From IMG/VR virus record IMGVR_UViG_2534681696_000002: a stretch of DNA of 62,154 bases. The stretch is one strand, 5' to 3'. The stretch comes from a virus. Shown in pieces: positions 49,678 to 58,900 of the stretch; the first letter of the stretch is position 1, and each line of letters starts with the position of its first letter. The notes below the pieces were generated by a model. That model saw nothing but the letters and a program-made list of their open reading frames with translations, was not told the origin of the DNA and ran no database searches. Position numbers and translations under genes: made by a program.

Positions 49678-49706
49678 AGAATACACCGATATCGCCGTAT
49701 TGTCAA
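49678..49706 (-). promoter_or_regulatory. Sigma-A-type promoter P6 (Rep-like/partition operon)
   Basis: Minus-strand TTGACAatacggcGATATCGgtgTATTCT. About 200-nt leader. Confidence 0.6.
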
Positions 49707-49814
49707 TAAAAAAGTTGCACCGTCGGGAATCTCGTCGAAACATTGTCATGCTGCGTAGCTTGTGCCCTGCAACCACCCTGCAATTACGACATACAATCGA
49801 CGCGTTTTTCGCAA

Positions 49815-49844
49815 TAAAAAAGAGCGATCGCCGTTGATCGCCCT
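49815..49844 (-). terminator. Terminator after the small membrane ORFs
   Basis: Minus-strand GGGCGATC-AACG-GCGATCGCTC followed by TTTTTT. Confidence 0.55.
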
Positions 49845-49956
49845 ACATCGTTGCTACTATTGCTTTTGAGAATAACACAACTGCGTAATACATGAACCCT
49901 AGACATACCGCCACTTTTAATGATCCCCTGAACATTTCAATTGTATGATTTTTCAT
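49843..49956 (-). CDS. Tiny hydrophobic protein (37 aa)
   Basis: ATG after AGAAGGAAA. Product MKNHTIEMFRGSLKVAVCLGFMYYAVVLFSKAIVATM. Confidence 0.35.
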   Translation of the reverse strand: MKNHTIEMFRGSLKVAVCLGFMYYAVVLFSKAIVATM

Positions 49957-50045
49957 TTCTTTTTCCTTCTCTCTTTTGTAATTTCATAAACCATAATTCC
50001 GACTACTAATGTCGAGAATGTTCCTATTAATATATCGACAATCAT
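49953..50045 (-). CDS. Tiny hydrophobic protein (30 aa)
   Basis: MIVDILIGTFSTLVVGIMVYEITKERRKKK, ATGA-coupled to the next ORF. Weak RBS. Confidence 0.3.
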   Translation of the reverse strand: MIVDILIGTFSTLVVGIMVYEITKERRKKK

Positions 50046-50094
50046 CGAAGACCTTATTTCGTCGTTTTTTGTTACATTCGTATTTGATAACTTC

Positions 50095-50123
50095 ATGTTA
50101 AAGTGATATCGCGGAAATGTCAA
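50095..50123 (-). promoter_or_regulatory. Sigma-A-type promoter P7
   Basis: Minus-strand TTGACAtttccgcGATATCActtTAACAT. Confidence 0.6.
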
Positions 50124-50131
50124 CGATTATT

Positions 50132-50148
50132 TTACGCAAGTTGCGTAA
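50132..50148. promoter_or_regulatory. Operator palindrome O5 (TTACGCAA-G-TTGCGTAA, perfect)
   Basis: Perfect 8-1-8 inverted repeat, 8 bp upstream of the P7 -35 element. Confidence 0.6.
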
Positions 50149-50179
50149 TAATTTCACGTACCCTATTCGTAGTACTTTC

Positions 50180-50220
50180 AAAGACAGAACGAAACGCCCT
50201 AGAGCTTCGTCAGTAGGGCG
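50180..50220 (-). terminator. Terminator closing the late/lysis transcription unit
   Basis: Minus-strand CGCCCTA-N12-TAGGGCG followed by TTTCGTTCTGTCTTT. Confidence 0.55.
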
Positions 50221-50315
50221 CAACGTTGTCGCAGTTTTTGGAGGTAGATGTTTTATGAAGAATAAGCCGCGCAGCAGTTCGCCACAAACTGCCACGCAAT
50301 AAGGATCGCCACAAC

Positions 50316-50335
50316 CCTTACACGTACATAAACGC
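50316..50335 (-). promoter_or_regulatory. Intergenic 20-bp box, copy d (GCGTTTATGTACGTGTAAGG); no protein gene follows
   Basis: Abuts the holin stop codon. About 95-130 nt later comes terminator 50180..50220. Confidence 0.65.
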
Positions 50336-50671
50336 CTAGCCTAGTCCTCTTTGGGTTAAATCTCGATCTAGTTTCGAAATACGTTCGTTCTGCCAACGCT
50401 CATTCGATCCTAAGAATGTTACGTTTTCGATCGGCTTATCTCCGAAGCCTGTACCGATAGACGCATTATTAATTACACCTAATGCGATAAGTCCAGTCGT
50501 CGCCCAGTCCGCTAACGTTACGATACTGTCTGCGACTTCCTGCGTCGGGATATATCCGTACGCTAAACCTTGCTTAACGAGAAACGCTACTAATGCTAGT
50601 AACGTCCCCCGATTAAGTAGGCGTAGTTTTAGTTTTCGGAATCCTGCTTTATTGCCGAATTTCTTTAACAT
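50336..50671 (-). CDS. Putative holin
   Basis: 111 aa with two hydrophobic segments (GTLLALVAFLVKQGLAYGYI, TGLIALGVINNASIGTGF) and a charged C-terminus. Adjacent to the endolysin. Confidence 0.6.
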   Translation of the reverse strand: MLKKFGNKAGFRKLKLRLLNRGTLLALVAFLVKQGLAYGYIPTQEVADSIVTLADWATTGLIALGVINNASIGTGFGDKPIENVTFLGSNERWQNERISKLDRDLTQRGLG

Positions 50672-50690
50672 ATGATCGCCTCTTTCTCTA

Positions 50691-51716
50691 TTAGTCTTGT
50701 ACGAATCTGATGTACGACGAATCGTATTTAACCCACTGATCGCCGCCTAAATTCAGCCAGTCGCCTTGCTTCGCCCAAACCTTATAAGGTGGCTCGCCCT
50801 TATTCATCTTTCGGACGATCTCTGCGTTTGTACTCGGCGCTTTACGCAGATTGATGTTAGTACCTAAGATGTGCGCTACGCCCGTTACAGGTTTCGCAGG
50901 CTGATCGTTTAACTTTAACGTAGTATACGAAGGATCTGCATACACCCACTCGTCGCCGCCCACGCAAGCCCATCCATCTTTCATAGCCCATACGATATAC
51001 GTATTTGGTACGATCTTACGTTTAACAGGATAGTTTGTGCCCGCTCCTGATCGTAGATTTACACCTTCGCCGCTGATCGTAATCACGCCGATTCCGTCAG
51101 ACGATCCGCCGCCCGTCGTTGGTGGTGGTGTGCTGCCGCCAGTAGATCCGCCAGTGTTTCCGCTGCCGTTATAACTCTTTCCTAAGTACGTACAGATCGC
51201 TTTCGCATATGCTTGCGCTAGCTTGCGTAGCACTTCGTCTTTGCGGATATGTGACATGTCTGTAGCGTTGTCGATAAATCCGTTTTCCGTTAGAACTGCG
51301 GGCATATGAGTCTCGCGAACTACCGCAAGGTCTGCCGTTTTCTTACCGCGGTCATGGAATCCTAAAGGCGCTAGCACCTTCATACCTTCCGCATGGATTA
51401 GATCTTGCAGGCGATTCGTGCTACTATCGTTACGATTGTATACGAAACTCTCGTACCCAGTACCGCCGCCGCTATTTAGGTGATTCGAAATAAATACCTT
51501 CGCGCCTTTTTGGTTAGCCACTGCGGCACGACCTGATAATGTTACGAATACGTCCGTCGTACGAGTCATGTACGTGCTTACGCCGTTTGCTCGTAGCTCT
51601 TCATTTAGCATGTGCGATAGTTTTAACGCTCGCTCTTTCTCTAGCAATCCGTTTCCTACTGCGCCGCTATCGTGTGCCCCGTGTCCTGCATCGATTACTA
51701 CTTCTACGTTTGTCAT
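50691..51716 (-). CDS. Endolysin: N-acetylmuramoyl-L-alanine amidase (Amidase_3) with two SH3b-like wall-binding repeats
   Basis: VVIDAGHGAHDSGAVG...FISNHLNSGG...LTENGFIDN, a G/S/T/P linker, then duplicated GVNLRSG.../GTNINLRKA...W...GGD.WV modules. Confidence 0.85.
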   Translation of the reverse strand: MTNVEVVIDAGHGAHDSGAVGNGLLEKERALKLSHMLNEELRANGVSTYMTRTTDVFVTLSGRAAVANQKGAKVFISNHLNSGGGTGYESFVYNRNDSSTNRLQDLIHAEGMKVLAPLGFHDRGKKTADLAVVRETHMPAVLTENGFIDNATDMSHIRKDEVLRKLAQAYAKAICTYLGKSYNGSGNTGGSTGGSTPPPTTGGGSSDGIGVITISGEGVNLRSGAGTNYPVKRKIVPNTYIVWAMKDGWACVGGDEWVYADPSYTTLKLNDQPAKPVTGVAHILGTNINLRKAPSTNAEIVRKMNKGEPPYKVWAKQGDWLNLGGDQWVKYDSSYIRFVQD

Positions 51717-51759
51717 TTAAACGCCCCCTGATTTGATTTTGTAGAACGAGTGTGAGCCG

Positions 51760-51779
51760 CCCTACACGTACATAAACGC
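51760..51779 (-). promoter_or_regulatory. Intergenic 20-bp box, copy c (GCGTTTATGTACGTGTAGGG), flanked by a 7-bp inverted repeat
   Basis: GAGCCGC...GCGGCTC arms flank the box. 43 nt before ATG 51716. Confidence 0.7.
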
Positions 51780-51793
51780 GGCTCGTCTCGTTT

Positions 51794-52147
51794 TTAGATC
51801 GGTAGTGCGAGTTTTATTCCGACTAGACCGCCCAGTACCGTTAAGATCGCTATGATAATTACGACAAACCACTTAACTAGCTGCATCTGATTCGACATAA
51901 ATACATCTTGCTTCTTATCGAAGTTATCGATCTTCTCACCCTGCTTAACGCTAGACTTCGTTAATTCGATCAGAAGAGCGTTTATTTCGTCCATACGTCT
52001 TTCTAGTACGGCGATCTTTTTATGCGCTTCTTCCGTCTCCTGCTGCGTCTCATAGGTGATTGATCGTAGCTTTGCGATCTCTCTTTCTAGTTGCTGCTGC
52101 TTGAAGATAACGTCGGCTAGCGTCATTTCTCTTTCGTGTATCGTCAT
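51794..52147 (-). CDS. XhlA-like lysis accessory protein (coiled coil plus C-terminal TM)
   Basis: Start ATG 52147 after AAGGGGG. C-terminal WFVVIIIAILTVLGGLVGIKLALPI. Confidence 0.5.
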   Translation of the reverse strand: MTIHEREMTLADVIFKQQQLEREIAKLRSITYETQQETEEAHKKIAVLERRMDEINALLIELTKSSVKQGEKIDNFDKKQDVFMSNQMQLVKWFVVIIIAILTVLGGLVGIKLALPI

Positions 52148-52184
52148 TCTCACGCACCCCCTTTCGCAGCTTGCTAAATTAGTC

Positions 52185-52216
52185 AAAAAGAAAAAGAGCG
52201 GTCATATGCCGCCCTA
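52185..52216 (-). terminator. Terminator (AGGGCGGC family)
   Basis: Minus-strand AGGGCGGC-ATATG-ACCGCTCT followed by TTTTCTTTTT. Confidence 0.55.
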
Positions 52217-52223
52217 TCTCTCG

Positions 52224-52451
52224 TTAGAATTCGGGTGTTTGTGGGGCGTCGATTACTTCGCCACTTTCCGCAGGTTGTAACAACGACTCTAGTTGCCGTA
52301 CTCGATCCTCTAGATTCATTTTATCGGCTGCTAGCGATTGTACTTGCTCCAATAGTACTGCGTTTTCTTCGATCTCTTTCGATAATCGATTCGCTAACGT
52401 TTGACGAATGTTATCATGATTAACGTTTACTGCGACTTGTGTACTAGACAT
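52224..52451 (-). CDS. Hypothetical coiled-coil protein (75 aa)
   Basis: Track ORF, overlapping the upstream gene. Confidence 0.4.
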   Translation of the reverse strand: MSSTQVAVNVNHDNIRQTLANRLSKEIEENAVLLEQVQSLAADKMNLEDRVRQLESLLQPAESGEVIDAPQTPEF

Positions 52452-52836
52452 TACGCTTCACCTCTACGATCGTCGTCGATTCTGATTTCGATGCCTCTTT
52501 CGGCTGCTCTACGGGCTTTTCTTCGGGTTGTGGCGTAGGCTTATCCGCCGTAACGTCTTCTCCGTCCCACGTCTTGCCTGTTAAGCTCATGTAGCAACGC
52601 TCGCATAATTTGAACATGCCCATTTGTTTAGTATTCGAGTTCCTACTACACATATCGCAACGCTTCGTAGTTGTTTTAAAAACTAAACTCTCGCTAGTTC
52701 CGATAACTTCTACCTGAGATCCTTCCGTAATACCCGCGTACTCTAGTAGATCTTTCGGAATAATCATCGATCCCTCTTCGTTGATCTCGATTAATCGTCC
52801 TAAGAATGGTCTACCGTTTGACGTATCTGCTTTCAT
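52444..52836 (-). CDS. SpoVT/AbrB-fold domain protein with a CxxC...CxxC zinc-ribbon-like segment
   Basis: GSMIIPKDLLEYAGITEGSQVEVIGTSESLVF (looped-hinge-helix-like), then KRCDMCSRN...KLCERCYM. Confidence 0.5.
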   Translation of the reverse strand: MKADTSNGRPFLGRLIEINEEGSMIIPKDLLEYAGITEGSQVEVIGTSESLVFKTTTKRCDMCSRNSNTKQMGMFKLCERCYMSLTGKTWDGEDVTADKPTPQPEEKPVEQPKEASKSESTTIVEVKRNV

Positions 52837-52878
52837 ACTGCATTACCTCCGATTTTATATTTAAGGTAGATCGCGCCT

Positions 52879-52898
52879 ACCCCTACGTACATAGACGC
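52879..52898 (-). promoter_or_regulatory. Intergenic 20-bp box, copy b (GCGTCTATGTACGTAGGGGT)
   Basis: One core substitution. 42 nt before ATG 52836. Confidence 0.6.
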
Positions 52899-52917
52899 GA
52901 ATCCTTTTGTTATTTGG

Positions 52918-55900
52918 TTAACCTGCGCCGAATCCCGCCACTACCGTATGCCACGCGCCACCGATTGCGACATAGAATCCAAGACCTTGCCACCCGTTGC
53001 CATACCATAACGTACCGTCTTGCGTAGTTGTGATATTGCCGCCGAATACGACCGCAGGCGTTTTAAGAAAGGCGTTATTTAATTCGATGTTTCCGCCCCA
53101 CGAACGATATAGCCTACTAGTTTCGATACCTACGCCGTTTTCGTTATCGCCTCGAATACTCATACCGTTCTGTACTCTTAAAACCTTATCTGCGATGATC
53201 TCGTTTGTGTTCATATTACCTAGATGTACGTTACCGCTCGCAGCATTAAACGATACGTTACCATTACTATGATCGACGACCGCACGACCGTTTTTATACA
53301 CAACTTGGAAATTCTCGGATCGTAATACCTTACCTTCGACGACCTCTGATCCGTATACCTTACGTACGTTAATGCTATCTAGAGTTGTACGATTTTGCCC
53401 GAACTTCCATAACGCATCCTCTGCGTCATATGGTGCGGCTCTATTGCCTGTTACCGCTTGTACGCCGTCGAATACGCACCAGTTACCGTTCGTTGTCATG
53501 AATCGCACACGGATCGCAGAAGTACGACCGCCCGCAATATTTGCATGAGCCGTTACAGTGACGCCGTATCGTACGAACCCACCTACCGCCGTAGCAGGTA
53601 CGGCGAAGTCTTGCGTTTGTGAATGTACGACATTCCCGTCTTTCATATGCTCGATCATTAAGCGAGGTGCACCCGCTGCTAGTCCGCCGTATGGCTTCGC
53701 CGCGTGGAATGATATCGTATATTGCTTGCCCGCAGTTGCTCCGAAACTTTGCGCGAGGTAGTCCGATTGATTGAATAATCCCGAAGATAGCCCAAACGGT
53801 GACGCCTCTACGGGAACGTCGTGCGTATAAGCATTCGCCATTTTTGGCGTACCCACTCGTGCCCACTTGTAGAATGAGTCGTTAAGAGCACTACTTACGT
53901 AAGCCCATTGAACGTTGTAATAAATACCGCCGATCGCATTTCCGTCCGCCTTTAGCGTTTCGAATGAATGGTCGTAGAATAGATTCGTCGAAGTTATGGT
54001 CGTACTTAGTAAGCCCGTCTGAACGTCTTTAACTAAGAAATGCGCGTCCGCTACTGTTACGCCGTCTTTATTGATCGTTACGCGCCCGTTACTGATCGCT
54101 ACGTTATCCGCATTGATCGTACCGCCTGTGATGTTCTGCGCTTTTAGGTTAATGATATTCGTATTCGTAGCGTTAATCGTTCCGCCCGTAATACGATCAG
54201 CCGACATCGTTCCCGCAGTAATTACGCTAGCGTTTAGGTTTTTGACCTGTACGCGATTTGCATCTAGAATACCTGACGTGATCTTATCCGCCGTGATTCC
54301 TGCTGCTGCGATCTTTTCGGTAGTGATCGAACCTGCTGCGATCTTACTTGCATCGATGGAATTCGCTGCGATCTTACTTGCGTTAATCGCATTCGCCGCA
54401 ATCTTGTCGGTAGTAATCGCATTTGCTGCGACCTTATCTGCCGTGATTGCATTTGCAACGATCTTCGAAGCCGTTACCGATCCGTCTACTAATAAGTTTG
54501 CGTCCGTTTTACGATGGATCTTCGCATTTGTCATGTACCACGTCCCGAACGTAGAACCCGTCGTGCCGTCTACCTGTACGAATACCTTCGCTTTTGTAGC
54601 ATTTGCGATAGATATATGAATCTCGCCGCCTTGTGTAACCCACTTTCCGCCCGTAGGATTGATTCGAGGCGTGAAGACAGTCCAGTACGGTTTATTATCC
54701 TTATCGACATAGTGAAGACCTAGAGATATTGGTACGCCGCTATTTGATGTTGCCGCAGTTAATTCGCAGTAGAATCGATCGCCTGTCTTAACTGGAAACC
54801 AATCGCCCGCATATGTATCTCGCTCAGTCTGCGATCGTACATAACTAGACGGCGCTCCCGCGGGTACTCCTGCGCTCGCACTTCCTACGACGTTACCTCT
54901 GTCCCAGTCTTCCATTGTCCCGTTAATGAATGCGCTATTAGGTACTAAGTTCGTAAAGTCTCCGACTGTTAACTTATTTGTAGTGATTGCGCCCGCTCGG
55001 ATATTGTCCGCAGTAATAGCGCCGATCCCGATAGACTCTTCGGTATGTGGCGACCACGTTAGCGCGACTGATCCGTAATTAAGCATTACGCGTCTATAGC
55101 GATAGTTACATGTCTTACCGTCTTTCGATCCATTGTGATCTAGTCGAAGTACTGCCGACTTAATATCGTTTTGTAGCGAGAATGTTTTTGTAACTCGTTT
55201 CCACCCGCCGCCGATGTCTTCGGGACTTTCGCTGCCCGCTAGTACGTGTACGTAATCGTGATTCACACTATCGATCAGTGCTTCCGTAGTTTGCTTCGAA
55301 GCCAGTACGAAGACCTCAGGTAATACGACATAATTCGCATCTACGTTGTACTCGTACGATAGCGTAACTTTCTCGCCGCCTCCGCCGTTTAGGTCGAAGC
55401 GAGGTAGATATACGTATTCCTCTTTCGCCTGTGCGCCGCCTGTAATCAGATAGTTTTCGTTTATAGAATTTGCTATGCTAGCGCGTAGCGGCTTCCAGTC
55501 TTTGCGCATAAAGTCCGTTCCTTTTGCGATCTGCGTGCCGCCTACGTTTAACATTCCCGTCGTGATCTTGCTCGCATCTAGATTAATAACGCTAACTTTC
55601 GCCGCATCTAACGTACCCGATACGATGTTACCCGCTTTTAAGTTGATGATATTCGTATTCGCTGCGTTGATAGTTCCGCCGTTTATACGATCCGCCGTCA
55701 TTGTACCTGATACGATATCGCCCGCCCTTAGATTCGTAACACGAACTTTATTCGCATCGATAACACCCGCAGTAATTCGATCAGCAATGATCGTACCGCT
55801 ATCGACCGCAGTTACCGAAGGCGACCACCATAATACTTCCATCGCTGCATTTTTAACCGTCGGATAATATCCCGAATAGAATCGCATCATTAGCGTTTTT

Positions 55901-58900
55901 GTAGCAGGGTGCATTCGATATGATGCTTGTATATTACGTCCCTGCGGCGCTTCGTTTGCGTCCGCTTGCGCTGATACTGCGTAACCCTCCATAAAGCGCC
56001 ATGATCCCGATACCTCTTTACCCGACCAGAAATACGGATTCGTACGAGGATCGCCCGATAATGCGCCCGTAGTCGGATTTAGCGGCTGCATCGGAAGTTC
56101 TTTTCCGTTTTTATCGAATGCATGTAGCCCGAAATATTGACTAGAATTACGTGTATTCTTATCTAGAAACATTCCGATACTAAATTTGTATGTTTGGTTT
56201 GGATCTACTTCGAATTTCACCGACTGATATGTCGTAGGCTGCTCATGTTCCGCAGTAGTAAAACCATGTACGAGAACGTCGCCCATATTCGTAGAGGCAC
56301 GAAGTCCGACCGTAGAGGTTGTATGCTTTCCGATGTTCCACCCCGTAGAATCGTTTCCAGTTAACGAAGTGTTAGCGACGAGACTTTTCGCTAGTACATG
56401 TAGGTTTTCCGTCGTGACTGCGCCCGCTGCGATCTTTTGTGCCGTAATCGAATTTGCTCCGATACGATCTGCATGTACCGTCCCCGATTTGATGTTGCCT
56501 GCATTAAGGTTATCGACGTTTACTTTCGTAGCATCGATTCGACCCGTTACGATGGAATCGCCCGTAAGTATCGACCCACCTTGCGTTGCCAATGCTTCGA
56601 AGTTTGCGATATTACATGCCGTTTGTCCTGCTTGCGGCTCGCGTACGATCATTCGAATGTAACGAACTTGACGACCTCCGAACGTATATGATTTCGGATC
56701 TCCCGTCGTATTGTTTGTTATATCCGCTACGCCGTCCCATGTTGTACCATTTATCGATGTTTCGATTTTGAAACTCTTCGGGATATATCGCGCATCCGTC
56801 GTGTAATACGTAGTAAATCCGATTCTACATACTTCGCCTATTATCGTACCTAGATCTATCGTAGCGGTAGCGGGGAATTGTTTTACCATCCATCGCGGTA
56901 CATTTACGTTGTCGATCCCCGTCATTCCGTTCGCGATTAAATCGCCGCTGCTATATTCAGTTTTCGCATTACCTGCGACATTGCGTAGACGTCCGCCGAA
57001 CTCTAATAGTTCCGCGTTAATTGACCCCGCTTTTAATCGTGCTGCATCGAGTGTACCTACGTTAATGTTACCCGCATCGATATCGACGATCTTTGCACTT
57101 TTACCGCTGATCGTTACGCCGTGTAATCGCTGCGCTGCGAGTGTACCTTGCGTAATATTCCCCGCATCTTTTGCGAAGTTTTCTACTTCGGTCTTAACTT
57201 CATTCGCCCGCTTTGTTGCGGCTTCTTGTGCCTCTTTTGCTTTCGTATCTGCGTGCTTCTTTGTTTCTGCGAACTCTGTATCTAGTTCTTCTAGTGGTAC
57301 GTCGTATCCCGTGTACATCGTTCCGATACCGACTTTAAATTCTTCGAGTTTCATCGTACCTTTCGCCATATCACGAATTAACGTTTGACACATGATATCT
57401 TGTATCGGCTTATCTTTTACCGTAATTACGTGCGTAACGACTTCGCGATTATATTGTTTTCCTAACTCTAGTCGAGTTCCGCCGTTTCCGCCCGCTGAAT
57501 CGAATCGTACAGGAAGCCATACTTTATCACCGTCCATATAATAGACCGATACTTCCATACCGATCCACGGATTTGTTTTGCCCCACTCTTCGACTTTGCC
57601 CGTAGCCACGAACGATAGAATTAACTTTTCGCCCTGTACGTCTAATTTCGCATTCGGGTAGTCTCGGAACGTAAAACCACGACTTGTTATATTCCCCCCG
57701 TTGTTCGTCGCCGTAATCGAAACGCCCTTCGTTCCTATTAATAAGTTACGAGTAGATACCGACATTTCGGCGATCTTATTTGTAACGTTTTTATCCGCAT
57801 TCTCTTCGGCTTTCTTTTGCGCCTCGTTCGCTTTGTTCTGCGCATCCGTCGCGGCTTCCTTTCGTGCTTCTAATATCTTCTTATCTGCGTCGCTGATTGC
57901 GCCCTGCTTAGCCTCGTCCGCCTTTTCTTGCGAATCCTTTTTAAGCGCTTCTTCGACCTCTTTCGTTACATTGTTTGTATGTTTATTCGCTGCGTCTTCG
58001 GCTTCTTTTGCAATTCGCTTCGACTCTGTTAAGATTGATTCGTCTAGCTTCTTCGCTTCCGTGATCGCTGCGTCTTTCGCCTTGTTCGCTTCTGCCTTCG
58101 CCTCTTTGATCGCTGCGTCTCGTGCTTTGTTCGCTTCTTCGATAACCTCCGTCGGATCTGCTGCGCCAATATCTTTCGGTGACGTTGGCGAAGCTGCTTC
58201 CCACTCTTTTGTATTCGGATTGTATTTACGGATCTTATTCGGATTGCTAGACATATCGAACCATATCTGCGCTAGATCTTCGGGCGGCGTATCGCCGTAG
58301 TGCCATTCTTTTTCCGCATATCCTTCGGCGAATAGCTTCGCATTAAGTTCGGCGTCTTTCGCAACTTGATCCGCATGTTCTTTGACCGCTGCTTCGACTT
58401 CTTCCGTTACACCTTCGACGTATGACTTTAATTCGATCTTAATTTCTTCGTCCATTTCTTCGGCTACTTCGATCGCCTTATCTTCTGCCTTCTTCGCTTT
58501 GACCGCTGCGTCTTCCGCTGCTTCTGCGATTGCAGTTTCTTCGGCTTTGTTCGCCTTATCCTGCGCACCTTCGGGCGTTTCTGCTCCGATCTCTTCCGCA
58601 GTAGTTGCCGATGCATTTACCCAACGGTCATTCTCAGCATCCCAACGACGCATAACGTTAGGTTTCGCCGATAGATCTAGCCATAACATATTGGGTGTAC
58701 GTTTACTCTTTACAGGCTCATTCGGGCTTTTAAGAACTACTTCCCCACCTTGTTCCCACTTCGATATATTCTGATTAATAGTTTCTTGAATCGCTTCGAT
58801 CTGCTTATTCTTATCGATAACAAGCGGCACGAATTCGCCTAGTGTTACGTGATCTTTCGACGGATCTGTATAAGATCGATAGATTGCGATTACACGAGCT

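Noticed and set aside
49588-49776. Minus-strand 62-aa ORF in the leader of the Rep-like gene
   Set aside because: It starts upstream of promoter P6 and runs through it. No RBS.
50098-50302. ORFs 50098..50295 (-) and 50117..50302 (+), including a 15-codon plus-strand mini-ORF behind a GGAGG at 50240
   Set aside because: They overlap promoter P7, operator O5 and a terminator. The GGAGG is the complement of the CCUCC noted in the candidate sRNA. They are too short and unsupported to call as genes.
53483-58774. Many plus- and minus-strand alternative-frame ORFs inside 52918..59931 (for example 54071..54619, 57701..58300, 53483..53866, 57983..58204)
   Set aside because: They lie wholly inside the 2337-aa tail protein ORF. 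Their repetitive A/S/F or R/S-rich compositions are typical of off-frame reading of repeats, and they have no RBS.
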